Translations under genes and position numbers: made by a program
Shown: positions 1-12,861 of the stretch, in pieces
Numbering within the stretch: position 1 is the stretch's first letter
Layout of the letters: each line of letters opens with the position of its first letter
Source: Dictyostelium discoideum
Taxonomy: Eukaryota
Direction of reading: 5' to 3'
NCBI GenBank assembly: GCA_000004695.1
Contig: CM000154.2
Location: forward strand, 3,040,001 to 3,104,000
DNA length: 64,000 nucleotides
The notes under the pieces: generated by a model
The model's database searches: none
Told to the model about the DNA's origin: nothing
The model's input: the letters and a program-made list of their open reading frames with translations, nothing else

Positions 1-1122
1 GAAAATGAAAATGAAAATATTAAAACCATTGAAAAATTAAATGAAATTTTAAAATTAAATGATCAACAAATTAATGATAATGGAGATGATGATGATTTTT
101 TTATTGATAGAGATATTATTAAAATTATTAAACAATATCAACAATCATTGATAGTATTAAATAAAAATAATAATATCGATAACTCAAATAAATTAAATGG
201 ATATGATAATCAAATAATTCATTTCCATAAGATAATTGAAGATATTAAAAATAATTTAAAATCAATTTATTCTTTTAATGATAGTAGATTTAAAATTGAA
301 ATCGATGAAAATAATAATAAATTTTTTAATTGTAAGCTTTTACATTATACAGTTGTTTTTTTTTTTATAAAAATTATTTTCACACATTATTCTAATTACC
401 AAAATATAGGGAACAATTTAAAGTTTTATACTTATATAGAGGGTGATTTTATTAATTTTAAGACTAACGAAGGTATAGCATTCAAAGATAATTGTAATAT
501 TTTATCAAAATTAAAAAATCAATTACCCTCAAATGTAATGCTATTGGATGGATTCAATCAAAAATTAAAACCAGGTATAATACCAAATGGTATTAAATGG
601 TTGTATTTAGGTGATATTAAACAAGAATTAATGCCTGGTTCAATTCCTAATACTGTAACTCTTGTCAATTTGTTGGATGGATTCAATCAAAAATTAACAC
701 CAGATATATTACCAGATAGTGTTAAATACTTGTATTTACATGATTTAAAACAAGAATTAATAATGGGATCAATTCCTGAAACTGTAACTCATCTCTATTT
801 AAAAGATGGATTCAATCAAAAATTAAAACCAGGTATATTACCAGGTGGTATCAAATGGTTGCATATTGGTGATTTAAAACAAGAATTAATAATTGGCTCA
901 ATTCCAAACACCGTAAAGAATATCACTTTATTGGATGGATTCAATCAAAAATTAACACCAGGTATATTACCAGATGGTATTGATTCTTTGTATTTAGATG
1001 ATATAAAGGAAGAATTAATGATTGGTTCAATACCTAATTCTGTAAAGAGAGTGAAAGTTTCCAAAAGTTTTAATCTACAAATTGAACCCTATGTTTCAAA
1101 AAATGTTATAATTGTTAAATAA
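1..1122 (+). CDS. B-box zinc finger / FNIP-repeat family protein, 5'-partial (2 exons: 1..331, 410..1122; intron 332..409)
   Basis: Exon 1 tail (..IIKQYQQSLIVLN..KIEIDENNNKFFNCK) is closely paralogous to exon 1 of the gene at 60059. The GTAAGC donor at 332 and ..atatAG acceptor at 409 give a 78-nt intron. Exon 2 carries about 7 tandem FNIP repeats (LLDGFNQKLxPGxLP..GSIPNTV). The split codon t|gg = W is in the same position as in the paralog. Confidence 0.7.
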   Translation, partial: ENENENIKTIEKLNEILKLNDQQINDNGDDDDFFIDRDIIKIIKQYQQSLIVLNKNNNIDNSNKLNGYDNQIIHFHKIIEDIKNNLKSIYSFNDSRFKIEIDENNNKFFNCKLLHYTVVFFFIKIIFTHYSNYQNIGNNLKFYTYIEGDFINFKTNEGIAFKDNCNILSKLKNQLPSNVMLLDGFNQKLKPGIIPNGIKWLYLGDIKQELMPGSIPNTVTLVNLLDGFNQKLTPDILPDSVKYLYLHDLKQELIMGSIPETVTHLYLKDGFNQKLKPGILPGGIKWLHIGDLKQELIIGSIPNTVKNITLLDGFNQKLTPGILPDGIDSLYLDDIKEELMIGSIPNSVKRVKVSKSFNLQIEPYVSKNVIIVK

Positions 1123-2144
1123 AATTTAGAAAAATAATATTTAATTTAATTCCAAGAAAAAAAAAAATAAAAAATAAAAAAGTAATTTTTAGTACTATAT
1201 CATTTTGCGTCTAATTTTTGATATAAAACAATTAAATTAATTAAAAAAAAAACACTGTTGCATGGTTCGTTTTTTTTAGTTTTTTTATTTTAATTTTTAG
1301 ATATTTTTATTTTATTTTATTTTATTTTATTTTGTTAATTTTTTATTTTATTTTTATTTTTCTTACAATTTTTGATGATTTCTAGAAATAAAAAAAATAA
1401 AAAACAAAATGAAAAATAGTATAAAAAATGAAATAACCTCAACAAAACATATAATTTTAATAAAATCTAAATTTAAATGAAACAATTTAAAGAGGAAAAT
1501 GAAGAAGATAATGAAAAATGAATTTGAATCAAATTGTAAATTAATTGAAGGTATAATTTTTTAAAATGGTCCAACAAGTGGAAATCCATCAACAATAAAA
1601 AATTTCATTAGACTTAATAAAATAACTCAAAATGGAAGTGGTTATGAAGCTACGCATCGTCATTATGAATCTGCCAAAAAAGTTATTATTTATTATTGGA
1701 TAATCGAATTTAATTGTTTGATTTAAAAATAAAGGATTATTATTATTGTTATTATTTTTTAAAATTAATAATGATTGTTGATATTGTTTAATTAGTTTAG
1801 TTGTATCATTGTTATGGTGGTGATGGTGATTTTGATTATTTATGATTATATTTTGAAGTATTTCATTATCATGAATGATTGAAGATACTATTTATATATT
1901 CAATCATGGATTTCCTTGATAATTGTGAAATATGTTCATCAAATAAACTATCCAATATTAAATATAGTCTTATATTATTTGAAGAAAGAAAAGAAGGAGG
2001 AGGAGGAACAAAAGGAGGAGGAGGAGGGGAAGAAGGAGAGGTTGTACCATATCAATCAGTATTAAATAATAATAATAATAATATTCAAGAAAATAATGAA
2101 GAATTTATTGAAAGTAAATATTTTATTATTTTATTTTTATATAT

Positions 2145-2178
<34 letters not shown>

Positions 2179-2203
2179 TCTAACTATAATTTAATTCTAT
2201 TAG

Positions 2204-2816
2204 GTTTTTAATATATTCTGATAATGATAATTTTGGTATAACACAAAATATAGCATTTAAGGAGAATTGTAAAGATTTATCAAAAGTTGGTAAAAAAATA
2301 AGAGTGACTCTTTTGGATGGATTCAATGAGAAATTAACTCCAACAACGTTACCAGAAGGTATTAAATCATTACATTTATTTGATATTAAACAAGAATTAG
2401 AGATTGGTTCAATTCCTAATACTGTGGTGAGTCTATCTTTGGAGGATGGATTTAACCAAATTTTAAAACCTGGTGTAATTCCAGAAAGTGTGAAAGAGTT
2501 GTATATACATGATATAAAGCAAGATTTAATAATTGGATCAATTCCTAATACAGTGAGGAATGTATATTTTCAAGATGGTTTCAATCAAATATTAACACCT
2601 GGTATAGTGCCTAAAGGTGGTGTTAAATATTTATATTTTTACAATATAAAACAAAAATTAATTATTGTTTCAATACCTGAGACTATAACAACTGTATTTA
2701 TTTTAAATGGAACCAATCAAAATTTAACACCAGGTATAATACCAGAAGGTGTTAAATTGGTTTATTTAATTGATACAAAACTCAAAACTTCACAAAATAA
2801 AAAGATAAAAATATAA
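2204..2816 (+). CDS. FNIP-repeat protein, exon or fragment (first exon not found; possibly a pseudogene)
   Basis: After the acceptor ..tctattAG at 2203 comes FLIYSDNDNFGITQNIAFKENCKDLSKVGKKIRVTLLDGFNEKLTP.., then 4-5 FNIP repeats. The exon start aligns with the exon-2 start of the B-box/FNIP paralogs (..GIAFKDNCNILSKLKN..LLDGFNQ). No B-box-bearing first exon is recognisable upstream (1130..2200). Confidence 0.4.
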
Positions 2817-3517
2817 ACTCTTTCTTTTTTTTTTTTTTTCAAAAAAAATTTTATTTTTGTATATATAAAAAAAAAAAAAAAAAAAATTTTAATGTATTTT
2901 AAAACTAAAAAAAATATTTATTTATTTATTTTTTTTATTTATTTTTTTAATGATTGGTAACGGTCTTTTACCTGGTTATTTTGTTTTTCCTTACTAATTT
3001 TATTTTTTTTTTTTTTTTTTTTTTATTTTTTTTTTTTTTTTCATTTGGCCTTCGATTACTTAAAGTAAATGCATTGAATTTCAAAATACTGTTTAGCTTT
3101 TTTTAGGTTGAAAAAAAAAAAAATAAAAAAAATAAAAAAAAAGAAAAAGAAAAAGAAAAATAAAATAATAAAAAAAATAAAAAAATTGAATTTTAAATAA
3201 AGTAATTAAAAACGAACATTCACACCGATAACTGTTCGTTATTTATTCACTAAATGACTCCATAACTTTTTTTTTTTTAATTTTTTTCATTTTTTTTATA
3301 TTTTTATTTTTATTTTTTTTTTATTTTTTTTTTTTTTTTTATTTTTTAAAATTTTTTTTTTTATTTTTTTTTTTTCTAATCAACATCATCACCAACCACA
3401 TACAACACGTTCATTTATTTTTTTTTTATTTTTATTTTAACCACACCAATTATTAAATAAAATTTATATATAAAATATATTTATATATAAATTAATAAAA
3501 AAAAAAAAGAAATAAAG

Positions 3518-4234
3518 ATGATGTCAAATAAAATGACAGATATGGCCATTACATTTGGTTCATTATTTTTAATTCAAAAGATTGATTTCACCAATCCACA
3601 AAATGCATTCTATGCACAATGTACATTTGGAGCACTTCAATTAGCTACTTTACTTGTCTATGTTTACATTTACAATAAAGTCAATAGTAAACCAAACAAT
3701 ACAATCGTTCGTGTACCAACCAATCCACCATCAATGTTTTCAAGACCAGATCCAAATGAACCAATGACCGAACAAACTACAACTGAATACGATTTAGCTC
3801 AATTAAAGAAATTATTCACTCAATCATTATTTTCAATTGGTATCACCGTCTTTTTATTCATTAAAATGGGTATCATTCAACCAATGGCCATGCAATCTGT
3901 TATGGCTCCACAAAATTTATTCAAAAATAAGCTTTTCAAAATCTATATTTTAGGTCAACCAGAATCTAAATTCCCACGTCCTTGGGTTGAAGAATCACCA
4001 TTTTCAATGGGTCAACCAGCTGCTGAAGAAACTCCAGCAACTGAACAAATCGATAATTCTAATAATATTACAATTCCAAAAGCAAAAGATACTAAAACAT
4101 CATCAACTACCACCTCCACCTCCACCTCCACCAAATCAAGAGCAAAAGTAACCGAAATTAATGAATCTGAATCATCTTCTGAAGAAAGCGAAAAAGAAGA
4201 AAAAACTAAAAAAAATAAAAAGAAATATTTATAA
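3518..4234 (+). CDS. PHO88/SND3-family ER membrane protein (Pfam Pho88-like)
   Basis: The 238-aa product aligns along its length with yeast Pho88: TTTEYDLAQLKKLF~TVRDYDLKEIDSAIKSIF, PMAMQSVMAPQNLFKNKLFKIYILGQPESKFPRPW~PLFMQSISPVKSALEHNEVKIHLFGKPATGDLKRPF. It has N-terminal TM helices and a C-terminal S/T/E-rich tail. Single exon. Confidence 0.7.
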   Translation: MMSNKMTDMAITFGSLFLIQKIDFTNPQNAFYAQCTFGALQLATLLVYVYIYNKVNSKPNNTIVRVPTNPPSMFSRPDPNEPMTEQTTTEYDLAQLKKLFTQSLFSIGITVFLFIKMGIIQPMAMQSVMAPQNLFKNKLFKIYILGQPESKFPRPWVEESPFSMGQPAAEETPATEQIDNSNNITIPKAKDTKTSSTTTSTSTSTKSRAKVTEINESESSSEESEKEEKTKKNKKKYL

Positions 4235-4412
4235 ATAAATAAAAATAAAGATTATTATTTATTTTAAAAATATAATGTTTTAAAAAAAAAAATTAAAAAA
4301 AAAAAAAAAAAAGGTTCTAATTTATTTTATTATTTTAATTTATATATTTATATTTATTTTTGGAAATTAATTTTTATTTTTATTTATTTTATTATTTATT
4401 TTTAATTAAAAT

Positions 4413-5177
4413 TTATTTTGGCCACATTTGATAAGCACCAATTAATGCAGAAATTATACCAGAAATACCAATTGTACCTTGAGAGAATGGATAAATTTTT
4501 AATAAAGTTGAAGCAATGATTAAATCTGAACCATTCTTTGCACAATTTAAATAGATTTCATTCTTCTTTTTAATGACTTCATTGAATTGATCGATGATTG
4601 CTTTATTTTCGACTTCAGAGGTGATTGTATGAGTATCGATGTTATTATTATTTGCATTGATTTTATTTTGAGTGATTGTTAATCTGAGTGATTTCTCTTT
4701 CTTTAACATGATGGCCAATGTATTTAAATCGATAATGATTGAACATAATAAACCAAAGAACCAACTAACACTTGAATACCAACCCAATTTGACAGTATCA
4801 AATTTACATAAACCAATGTTGGTACCAAGGATTAAATGATCGAATACCCAATAGAAATACATTCCACTTTGTCTAATCAATGCTAGAATATTTAAAAAGG
4901 CAAATGGATTCTTTACTTTGAATAATGCTAAAATCTTTTGTTGCTCGGCCAATGTATTACCTAAACGCCATACTTTACGTGCTGATCCACTTGTTGTCTC
5001 TAATTTTTTCATAACATCAACCCAATGTTTTGATCTCTTTAAAAATATATATCCTAATAATTTGGCACCATATTGTAAAATCTTGGCAATCTTATCTTTA
5101 CCTGATGTTTGTGCTAAAAGTTTAATTAAACTTTCTAAAAATTGATTATAATTTGGTTTTGATAATATTCCTGCCAT
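4413..5177 (-). CDS. pex11: Peroxin-11 (PEX11) peroxisomal membrane protein
   Basis: The 254-aa product has the PEX11 N-terminal amphipathic region (KILQYGAKLLGY..WRLGNTLAEQQK~ human RLGNSADALESAK) and a C-terminal TM (IGISGIISALIGAY~IVGLCGLVSSIL). Single exon. Confidence 0.7.
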   Translation of the reverse strand: MAGILSKPNYNQFLESLIKLLAQTSGKDKIAKILQYGAKLLGYIFLKRSKHWVDVMKKLETTSGSARKVWRLGNTLAEQQKILALFKVKNPFAFLNILALIRQSGMYFYWVFDHLILGTNIGLCKFDTVKLGWYSSVSWFFGLLCSIIIDLNTLAIMLKKEKSLRLTITQNKINANNNNIDTHTITSEVENKAIIDQFNEVIKKKNEIYLNCAKNGSDLIIASTLLKIYPFSQGTIGISGIISALIGAYQMWPK

Positions 5178-5339
5178 TTTTATTTTATTTTATTTTATTT
5201 TATTTATTTATTTATATAAATAGAGATTAAAAAAAAAAAAAAAAGTTTTTAATATATTTAAAAATTTCTTTTTTTTTTTTAATAAAGAAGTTGTATAAAA
5301 AAACAAAAAAAATAATAAAAAATAAAAAAAATATTTTTT

Positions 5340-5381
<42 letters not shown>

Positions 5382-5457
5382 AAAACAAAATAATAATTAT
5401 AATAATAACAATAAATAAATAAATAAATAAAAAATCAATATAGACTCAGAATTAGAA

Positions 5458-6178
5458 ATGGATATTGAAGATGCAAATTCTTTTTTTAATGGGAATCAAA
5501 ATACAAATATATTAGGTCAATCACCACGTCCAACTGGAATCCTAATGAAATTTATATTTTTATTTCATCCAATGTTATTATTCCTATTCATTTTACCAGG
5601 TGTTTTAACATTTTGGATATTATTTATTGCAGGTGAAAATTCAATTAAACCATTTATGTATATTATTTTCTTATTGGTTCCATTAGTATTTCAAATAGTT
5701 TTATTGATTTATCATTCACATTCATTTGTGTTTTTAAATTATGGTCTTCAAGCATTTTCACGTAAATGTAATTAAATAATTTATTATTATTTATTTAAAC
5801 TCTTTTTTAAACATAAAAATAAATATTTTAATTATACTAATGTTTTTTTTTTTTATTTTATTTAAAATTTTAGATAATAATAATTCATCAGATCAATATA
5901 CACAATTATATCAATTAGTTGATATGCAATCAGGTAGTGTTGTAACTTTATTAGATCAAAGAATAGCAGATGAAAGGGCAATGTATCTATATATACCAAT
6001 TTCAAAAGAAGTTTTCAATATGTCTTATTACGAATCAACATTTAGAGTTAATTCGCTTGGTCATTGGCAAGTTGTTCTAACTTGGAAAGCATTACTTAGT
6101 TTCTTTGTTTGTGGTATAATGTTGGTTGAATTTATTTTACTATTCGTTTTAAGAAATTGGTTTTTATTATTATTTTAA
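5458..6178 (+). CDS. hypothetical multi-pass membrane protein (2 exons: 5458..5761, 5874..6178)
   Basis: Two ORF-track ORFs join through a 112-nt intron (donor GTAAAT at 5762, acceptor tttTAG at 5873). The split codon c|at keeps the frame. Both exons are hydrophobic, and poly-A/T flanks are typical of intergenic DNA. Confidence 0.45.
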
Positions 6179-6180
6179 AT

Positions 6181-6186
6181 TATAAA

Positions 6187-6280
<94 letters not shown>

Positions 6281-6290
6281 TTAATAATAA
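6181..6290. repeat. (AAT)n microsatellite, about 35 units, intergenic
   Basis: Direct read. Confidence 0.9.
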
Positions 6291-6499
6291 TTAAAAAAAA
6301 AAAAAAAAAAAAAAAAAGAAAAAAAAAACACAACAATAACATTCAAGAAATTAGAAAAAAAAAAAAAAAAAAACAAATATACCTATATATGTATATTTGT
6401 GAATAGTTTCAATTATTTTTTTTTCCTAAAAAATAAACTTATCAAAACATTGTACATATTTTTCAAAATAAAATTAAAGTTTATTATTATTATTATTAT

Positions 6500-8726
6500 T
6501 TATTGTCTTCTTTTTTTATTACTTATATAATTATCGTCACTATCACTAGTGTTAATTTCTTTTCTTTTTGGTTTTGATCTCGATTTTGAAGAGGATGATG
6601 ATGATTTTGAGGAGGATTTTGAAGAAGATGATGATTTTGAGGAAGAAGATTTCAAAGTGGATTTAGAGGATGACGATTTTGAAGAAGAAGAAGATTTTAA
6701 TATTGGTTTCCTTCTTGAATTAAATGATTTATCATGCGATGATGATGATGATTTTGATGATTTTGATGCATTTTTAGCTTTTAATAATGGTTTCTTTTTA
6801 GATTTCTTTTTGTTATCAGAGTCTGAACTATCGCTATATCCATAATTATCACTATCACTATCGCTATTACTATCACTATCGCTATCACTATCACTATCGT
6901 TATCGCTATCACTACTTTCACTACTATCTATATTAATTTTCTTTTTACTATTTCCATTACTACTTCCATTATTTGTTATTACTTTTTTAGGTATTGGAAT
7001 TGATGCTAAAGGTATTTTACCTGTAATAGATAATGCTAAATTTGTATTTGTTATTGGTGAAGTTATAGATGTTGTTGTTGTTGTTGTTGTTGTTGTATTA
7101 TTTGTTGTTGGTGTAGTTGTAGTAGGTGGGGTTGATACTGTTGTTGGTATTGTAGCTTTTGATTCAGAAGTAATTGGTGTCGTAGGATTTGATTGAGTTT
7201 TTGACGATGATGATTTGGATTTCTTTTTTACAGATTCTGGTGATTTTTCATCAACCAAACCATCTGATCCCTTTTGTTCTTTTAATGATTTTATTACATT
7301 TGAAATATTATCAGTTATTGCTTTACAAACATCATTACTTTCATCATTTATTAAATTTTGAATTTCTTTTTGAATATATACAGCAACTCTATTAATAATA
7401 ATAATAATATATAATCAACATATAGATATTATGTATAAATATTAATATTTTATGATATTGTTAGAATTTTCTAATTTTAAAATTATATATACATACGATT
7501 CAGTATTTTTTTTTAATTCACTCATTACATGTCTTTTTTGTAAACTTTTTGTTACAGCATATGCTTCTAATGTTTCATTATTCTTTAAAACTTCTTGAGT
7601 TTTCTTTAAAATACTATCACCAATACCTTTACAATTGATTTGAGTTGTAATAATATCTCTAATCTTATCAAATGTACCATTATTCTTTAATATATCTACA
7701 ATTTGTATCGATTTTTGTTGATAAAAACTAAATTCTGCTTGACTCATTGATTCTATAATAGATTTAGATTCAATTTCATCTTTAATTTTAACTATATTAT
7801 TATTATTGTTATTATTATTGTTATTATTATTATTATTATTACTATTACTACTACTATTATTACTATTATTACTATTATTATCTTCTTTCTTTACTTGAAT
7901 TGTTGTTGTTGTTGATGATGAAACTATTGATGGTGTTAATGTTGTTGGTGTTAATGTTGTTGGTGTTAGTGTTGGTATTGATGTGGTAGTTGTTGTTGTT
8001 GGTGTTGATGTTTGTTGAGGTATTTTTAATGGTGTTTCTACAGGGGTAATACTATCCCATTTTGAAGTTCTTGCTTCTAGTTTTACAGATGGTTGTATGT
8101 TATTACTATTATTGTTATTATCTACAGTTGTGGTGGTTGATGTTGTTGTTGGAGTTGTTGAAAATTTAGATTGAATAGGTGTAATTAGCGTATTTGGGAT
8201 TTGGGTTGGTGGTGAATCTTTATTATATCTATCATTAAATCTTTCAGAATAAGTTTCCCTACCTCTATCAATGAATCTATGATCATTATATTCACCACCA
8301 CCGCCACCACCTCTAAAACCACCACCTCCGATACCTCTATCACCACCACCACCATATCCACCCCTATGTGTGATACCTCTACCACCTCTAAAACCACCTC
8401 TACCTCTTTCATAGACACCTCTATCATATGCACCCATATCTCTATCATAATCTCTTTCATAGTAACCACTTATACCTCTATCGTAAGCTTCCCTTCTATC
8501 ACTCCAACTATTTTGATGATGATCTCTACCACCACCCCTCCAACTCGTTCCATAGTAACCACCGCCACCTCTATCATATCCAACACCACCCATTGTGGTA
8601 TTTCTATCATGATATCCACTATTATGATATCCACCAGAGGGTATGGTTGTATTTATTGGACTGTTTATTGTTGTATTAGTTTGAGTGTGAGTGTGAGGAA
8701 GAGGTATTGTTGGTATTTGAGTGTAA

Positions 8727-8761
<35 letters not shown>

Positions 8762-8833
8762 TTGTTGATAACCACCACTACCAATTAGTCCCATATGTTG
8801 ATGGTGTAATTGTTGTGTTTGTTCACTCATCAT
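6500..8833 (-). CDS. low-complexity RGG/Gly-Arg-rich, Thr/Asn-rich and SD/SK-repeat protein (2 exons: 8833..7497, 7388..6500)
   Basis: The ATG ATG start is at 8833. The order is a Q-run, then RGG/YDRG repeats, T- and N-runs, a globular segment (SQAEFSFYQQKSIQIVDILKNNGTFDKIRDII..), a 108-nt intron (donor GTATGT, minus-strand intron 7496..7389; split codon tc|a), then ..VAVYIQKEIQNLINDESNDVCKAITDNISNVIKSLKEQKGSDGLVDEKSPES.., and finally a DSDSDS and SSSSKSSSS tail ending KKRRQ. The ORF-track 'M' at 7258 is actually TTG (Leu). Confidence 0.55.
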
Positions 8834-9901
8834 ATATACATGTAAAAAAAAAAAAAAAAAAAAAGTGGGGGATTAGTTTTGTTGTGGTTTACACACAAAT
8901 TGAACAATTTAAAGAACTAAAAATTTAAAAAAAAAAAAAAAATAAAAAAAAAAAAAAATATTCGTTATTTTTTTTAAAATTTTCATATTTTTTTTTTTTT
9001 TTTTATAAATTTTTTTTTATTTTTAAATTTAAATCCAAAAAATATATTCTAAAAAAGGAAAAACGAGATATTATTTTTTTTTTTTTTACAATCCCAATAA
9101 AAAAAGAAAAAAAAATTAATTTAAAAAAGGAATTTAAAATATTTTGGAATGTTCATGAACATTTACTATTATTAATTTTTTTTTTTTTTTTTTTTATTTT
9201 GGTATTATTTTTTTTTTTATAATCAAGAATTATTTTTAGAATTTAGTTATTAATTATTTATTTTTTTTTGAAAATTTTTTTTTAGATTTGAAAAAAAAAA
9301 AAAAAGAAAAATTAATTTGGAAAATTATGAATTCCTTATTTTATTTTATCTTTATTTATTTTTTATTAATTTATTTTTTAAGAATAATTATTCCAACTGG
9401 GATCCCACCAACCACGTAGATTTGAAAATTTTTTTTTTTAAATAGTAAGAATTTAATTGATTGAATATTATAGATATTCCTTTTTGTTGTTATTGTAGAT
9501 TAATTTGACCTTCATGTACAGCCTGAATCTTGAATACCAAATTGTCAGTATGATTTGGAGTGAACATGATTTCATATTTTGCCTTTTCTAATGAAAATAA
9601 TTGGGTTTTTATTTTATTTTATTTTTTTTTTTAGGTTAAGATATAGTTTTTATTTTAGTTTTTTTATTTTCATAGAAATAAAGAAAAAAAGTGATTAAAT
9701 TAATTCGAAAAAGATTTTTAATTTATTTATTCAAATCATTTTTTTATTTTTTTATTTATCAATTATTTTATTTTATTATTATTTTTTATTTTTTTATTTT
9801 TTTATTATTTTAATTTTTTATTATTATTACTATTATTTGTATTATTATTTTTATCTTTTTTTTTTTTTTTATTTTTTTTTTTTAATTTTTTTTTATTTTT
9901 T

Positions 9902-12227
9902 TTATTCATCATCAAAGGTCAAAGGAATTTTGTTTTTATTTTGGTTTGTTGATCCTTGAACGGTTTCCAACTGTCTTATTTTTGATTCTAATTCTATAAT
10001 TTTATTTTGCAATATACTAACCTCGCTCTTGTGTAACATTAATGGAAAATTTTCCATCCTAAGTTTTTCATTCATTTTCTTGATCATATGGTCGGTTTTG
10101 TGAGAATAAATTTTTATAAAATTTTTAGGTTCTCTATTATTTGTTACAGTGGCCATTATGGTACCCTTTTTCGATTCAATTGTAAGTGATTGATAATTAA
10201 TTGCTTTAACACTATCATTTGATACAAGGGTCAAATTGCCTGAGGATTTAAATTTTGAATTGGAAATATTTTCTTGTTTTGGAGCAGATAAAGAAATGTT
10301 TTTTCCTGAACACTTAATAAATTGTTTAAAGGAAAGTGTTCCAGATTTTCCAATTGTGTTAATTGAAAATTCTTTTCCTTTGCCATTGACCTCCACATCA
10401 GCAGAAATATTCAATCTACCACATTCTTTAATTAATAATTGAAATGGTTCATCATTTTTTAAATATTCTGTGCCTATTGAGCCATTGCTTATTGTAATCG
10501 AACAATAATTTGATTTGTTTTGGTAACTGATATTTGTACCATTTTCCCCCCTTATTAATAATTTCTTACCTCCATATATCATTATACTATTTCCTTTGGG
10601 CAATTCTACATTGTCTACAGTGACCGAGCCGTTGGAAGTAACAAGTATATCACTAAAAGACGTTAATCCAACCACAACACCAGATTCACCAAAATCTTTT
10701 CCAACATCTATTTTAAAGTTACCATCTTGGTCAATTGATAGATCTCCCTCTAATTTTAACTTATTAATAGGTCCTGTAATTGGATATTTAGGATCGATAT
10801 TAAGTTTTTCACAAATTTTATTAAATGATTCCGAATCACTTGTAATGGAACCGTCTTTTTCGATGCTAATTTCACAACCTTTTTTAATTTCAATTGCAAG
10901 TTTTGTTGAAGTGTTGATGCTACTCTCTACTACATTTAGTTGATATGCAGATTCATATTCTTCTAATAATGTTCTTGAAAATGGTACGTGACTTAATTCA
11001 TTTGAAAAAATGGCAAACAAACAATGACAGTAAGTCATAAAATACCTACAAACTTGATAGCAGTTTGTATCTAGCATTGCATCAGCTTCGGATTTGGAAG
11101 TTTTTTGATTATAAAAAACAATTCTTAGAGTGTTTTTCCAAGTTACTTCTTTTAAACTGTTTTTAAAATTTTCAAATTCAGCCATTGAATTATTCTTTAA
11201 GAATATTTTTTCAAATTCCAATCCAGAGTCACCCAACGATTGCTCGTCATACACAATATTGAAGTGGGAAAATGCATTTCTTAAAAGAACAGAATCTGTA
11301 TTTGAATTTGGTTTTTTGTCAATCCAAACAAAAATTCTAAGAAAAATATCATCCAATAGATGTAAAATCCGTAATCCTTCAAAGGTTTTAGATTGCTTCT
11401 TTTTAACTTTTTCAATGATTTCAGTGTAATAGTATCTAAGGAGGTGAAATTTTTCTTTGATATTAATGTTCTCATTCTGACTTGATTTTTTGAAATCTGA
11501 ATAAACTTGTGACATATCTAAAATTGTTTGACCTATTTGAAATATCCATTTTTTGTATGACTCGTCATCGTTTAGTTTTGAAATTGTTGATCTTAAATAT
11601 TCTGAAATACTTTTGTTAAACCCCGAATTTATTATTTTTGCAGTTTCTCTATAATAATGATAATTAGAAGATAATAAAAATAATAGTTATAATAATAATA
11701 GTTATAATAATAATATTTATAATAATAATAATAATAATAACAATAAAGTTCAATTGAATTATAACTGACTTTTTTTGTTTGTATTACACTTACTCGTTTG
11801 GGTTTGGCTTTTCTAATTTTTCTACATAATTATATTTCATTTTAAAAACTTCAAAGCTATCACTTTCCAAAACAAAATTATCAACTTTTGTTTTATAATC
11901 TCTAATTTTGGAATTCATAATCTGCTTTATAATATCTATTCTTTTATCTTTATCCTGGGTATTTATAATTCTTGTAGCTTGCTTATTATCATTGTCTTTA
12001 TCACCATCAACTATTTTATTTAAATCTTCTTTTTTTAAAATTTTTTCCTGTTCGATTAATGTTTTAAAATAGTAAGATGATAAAACATCACTATATACAT
12101 GATCAAGAAAAAATTCAAAATTTTCAATTGATACCATATCTGATGTTTCGCTCATATCTAAATTTCCATCTTGAGCTGATCCAGACTTAAAAGGAGGAGA
12201 TTTAGTGGGAGTATCTTTATTTATCAT
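9902..12227 (-). CDS. hypothetical protein, about 720 aa (2 exons: 12227..11794, 11648..9902)
   Basis: ORFs 11790..12227 and 9902..11515 are one gene. The donor GTAAGT at 11793 overlaps the apparent stop (ga|gtaagt), and the acceptor ttaTAG at 11649 gives a 145-nt intron. The reading frame stays open from 11648 through the annotated ATG at 11515 (..ETAKIINSGFNKSISEYLRSTISKLNDDESYKKWIFQIGQTILDMSQVYSD..). There is a C-terminal coiled-coil-like segment. No recognisable domain. Confidence 0.55.
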
Positions 12228-12861
12228 TGTGTATTTTTGATTTAAAAAAAAACAAAAAAAAAAAAAAATTTTTAAAAAAATAATTCATCAAAAAAGAAAA
12301 ATTAAAATAATTCTTTTTTTAAAATTTTTTTTTTTTTAAAATTTTCGAGTAGAAAAAAAATGAACTTCCTGTCAGATAAAAACGCGGTTATGAAATTATT
12401 TTTTTTTTGATTTAATTTTTTTTTTTTTTTGAAAAATAAAAAAAATAGATATTTTTAATTGATAAAATAAAAATTTTAAAAAATAATAGTAATTATTTTG
12501 TTTTATTTAAAATTTTTTTATTTAAAAATAAATAAATATAAAAATGAGATATTATTTTTTTTTTTTTTTTTTTTATTTTTTTTTTTTTTAATATCCAATA
12601 AAAAAACAGAAAATAAAAAAAAAAAAATTTATCAAATAAAAAAGAAATTTTAAATTTCCAAAATCTTTTATTTTTTATTCATTTTTCTAAATAATTTAAT
12701 TTTTTTTCTTTTTTTTTTTTTTTTTTTTGAAAACTATTAATTAAATTTTGGTTAAAAATAGTTTTCTTAAAAAAAAAAAAAAGAAAAAAAGAAATATATA
12801 TTTGAACAGAGTTTACTTTTATTTTTATTTTTTTTTTTTTTTTTAAAAAAGCTAAAGAAAA

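Noticed and set aside
1879-2211. 110-aa ORF with a GGGGTKGGGGGEEGE segment upstream of the FNIP exon.
   Set aside because: It has no start context or homology, is in a different frame from the FNIP exon, and ends where the acceptor for the FNIP exon lies. It is probably non-coding or intron sequence.
8185-8788. Overlapping and antisense ORFs inside low-complexity coding repeats. Other examples include 24489..24775, 35028..35612, 35438..35635, 36129..36967, 41442..41765, 41582..41947, 45609..45877 and 46884..47230.
   Set aside because: These are alternative-frame or opposite-strand readings of (AAT)n, (CAA)n, (ACA)n-type repeats. They translate to homopolymeric I/L/V/Y/T runs and always lie inside a better-supported gene on the other frame or strand.
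9483-9590. Exon-like minus-strand segment after a perfect acceptor (ttttcattAG): KAKYEIMFTPNHTDNLVFKIQAVHEGQINLQ*.
   Set aside because: No upstream exon or ATG could be found in 9600..9900, and the neighbouring gene (9902..12227) terminates with its own stop. It may be a 3' UTR or a relic.
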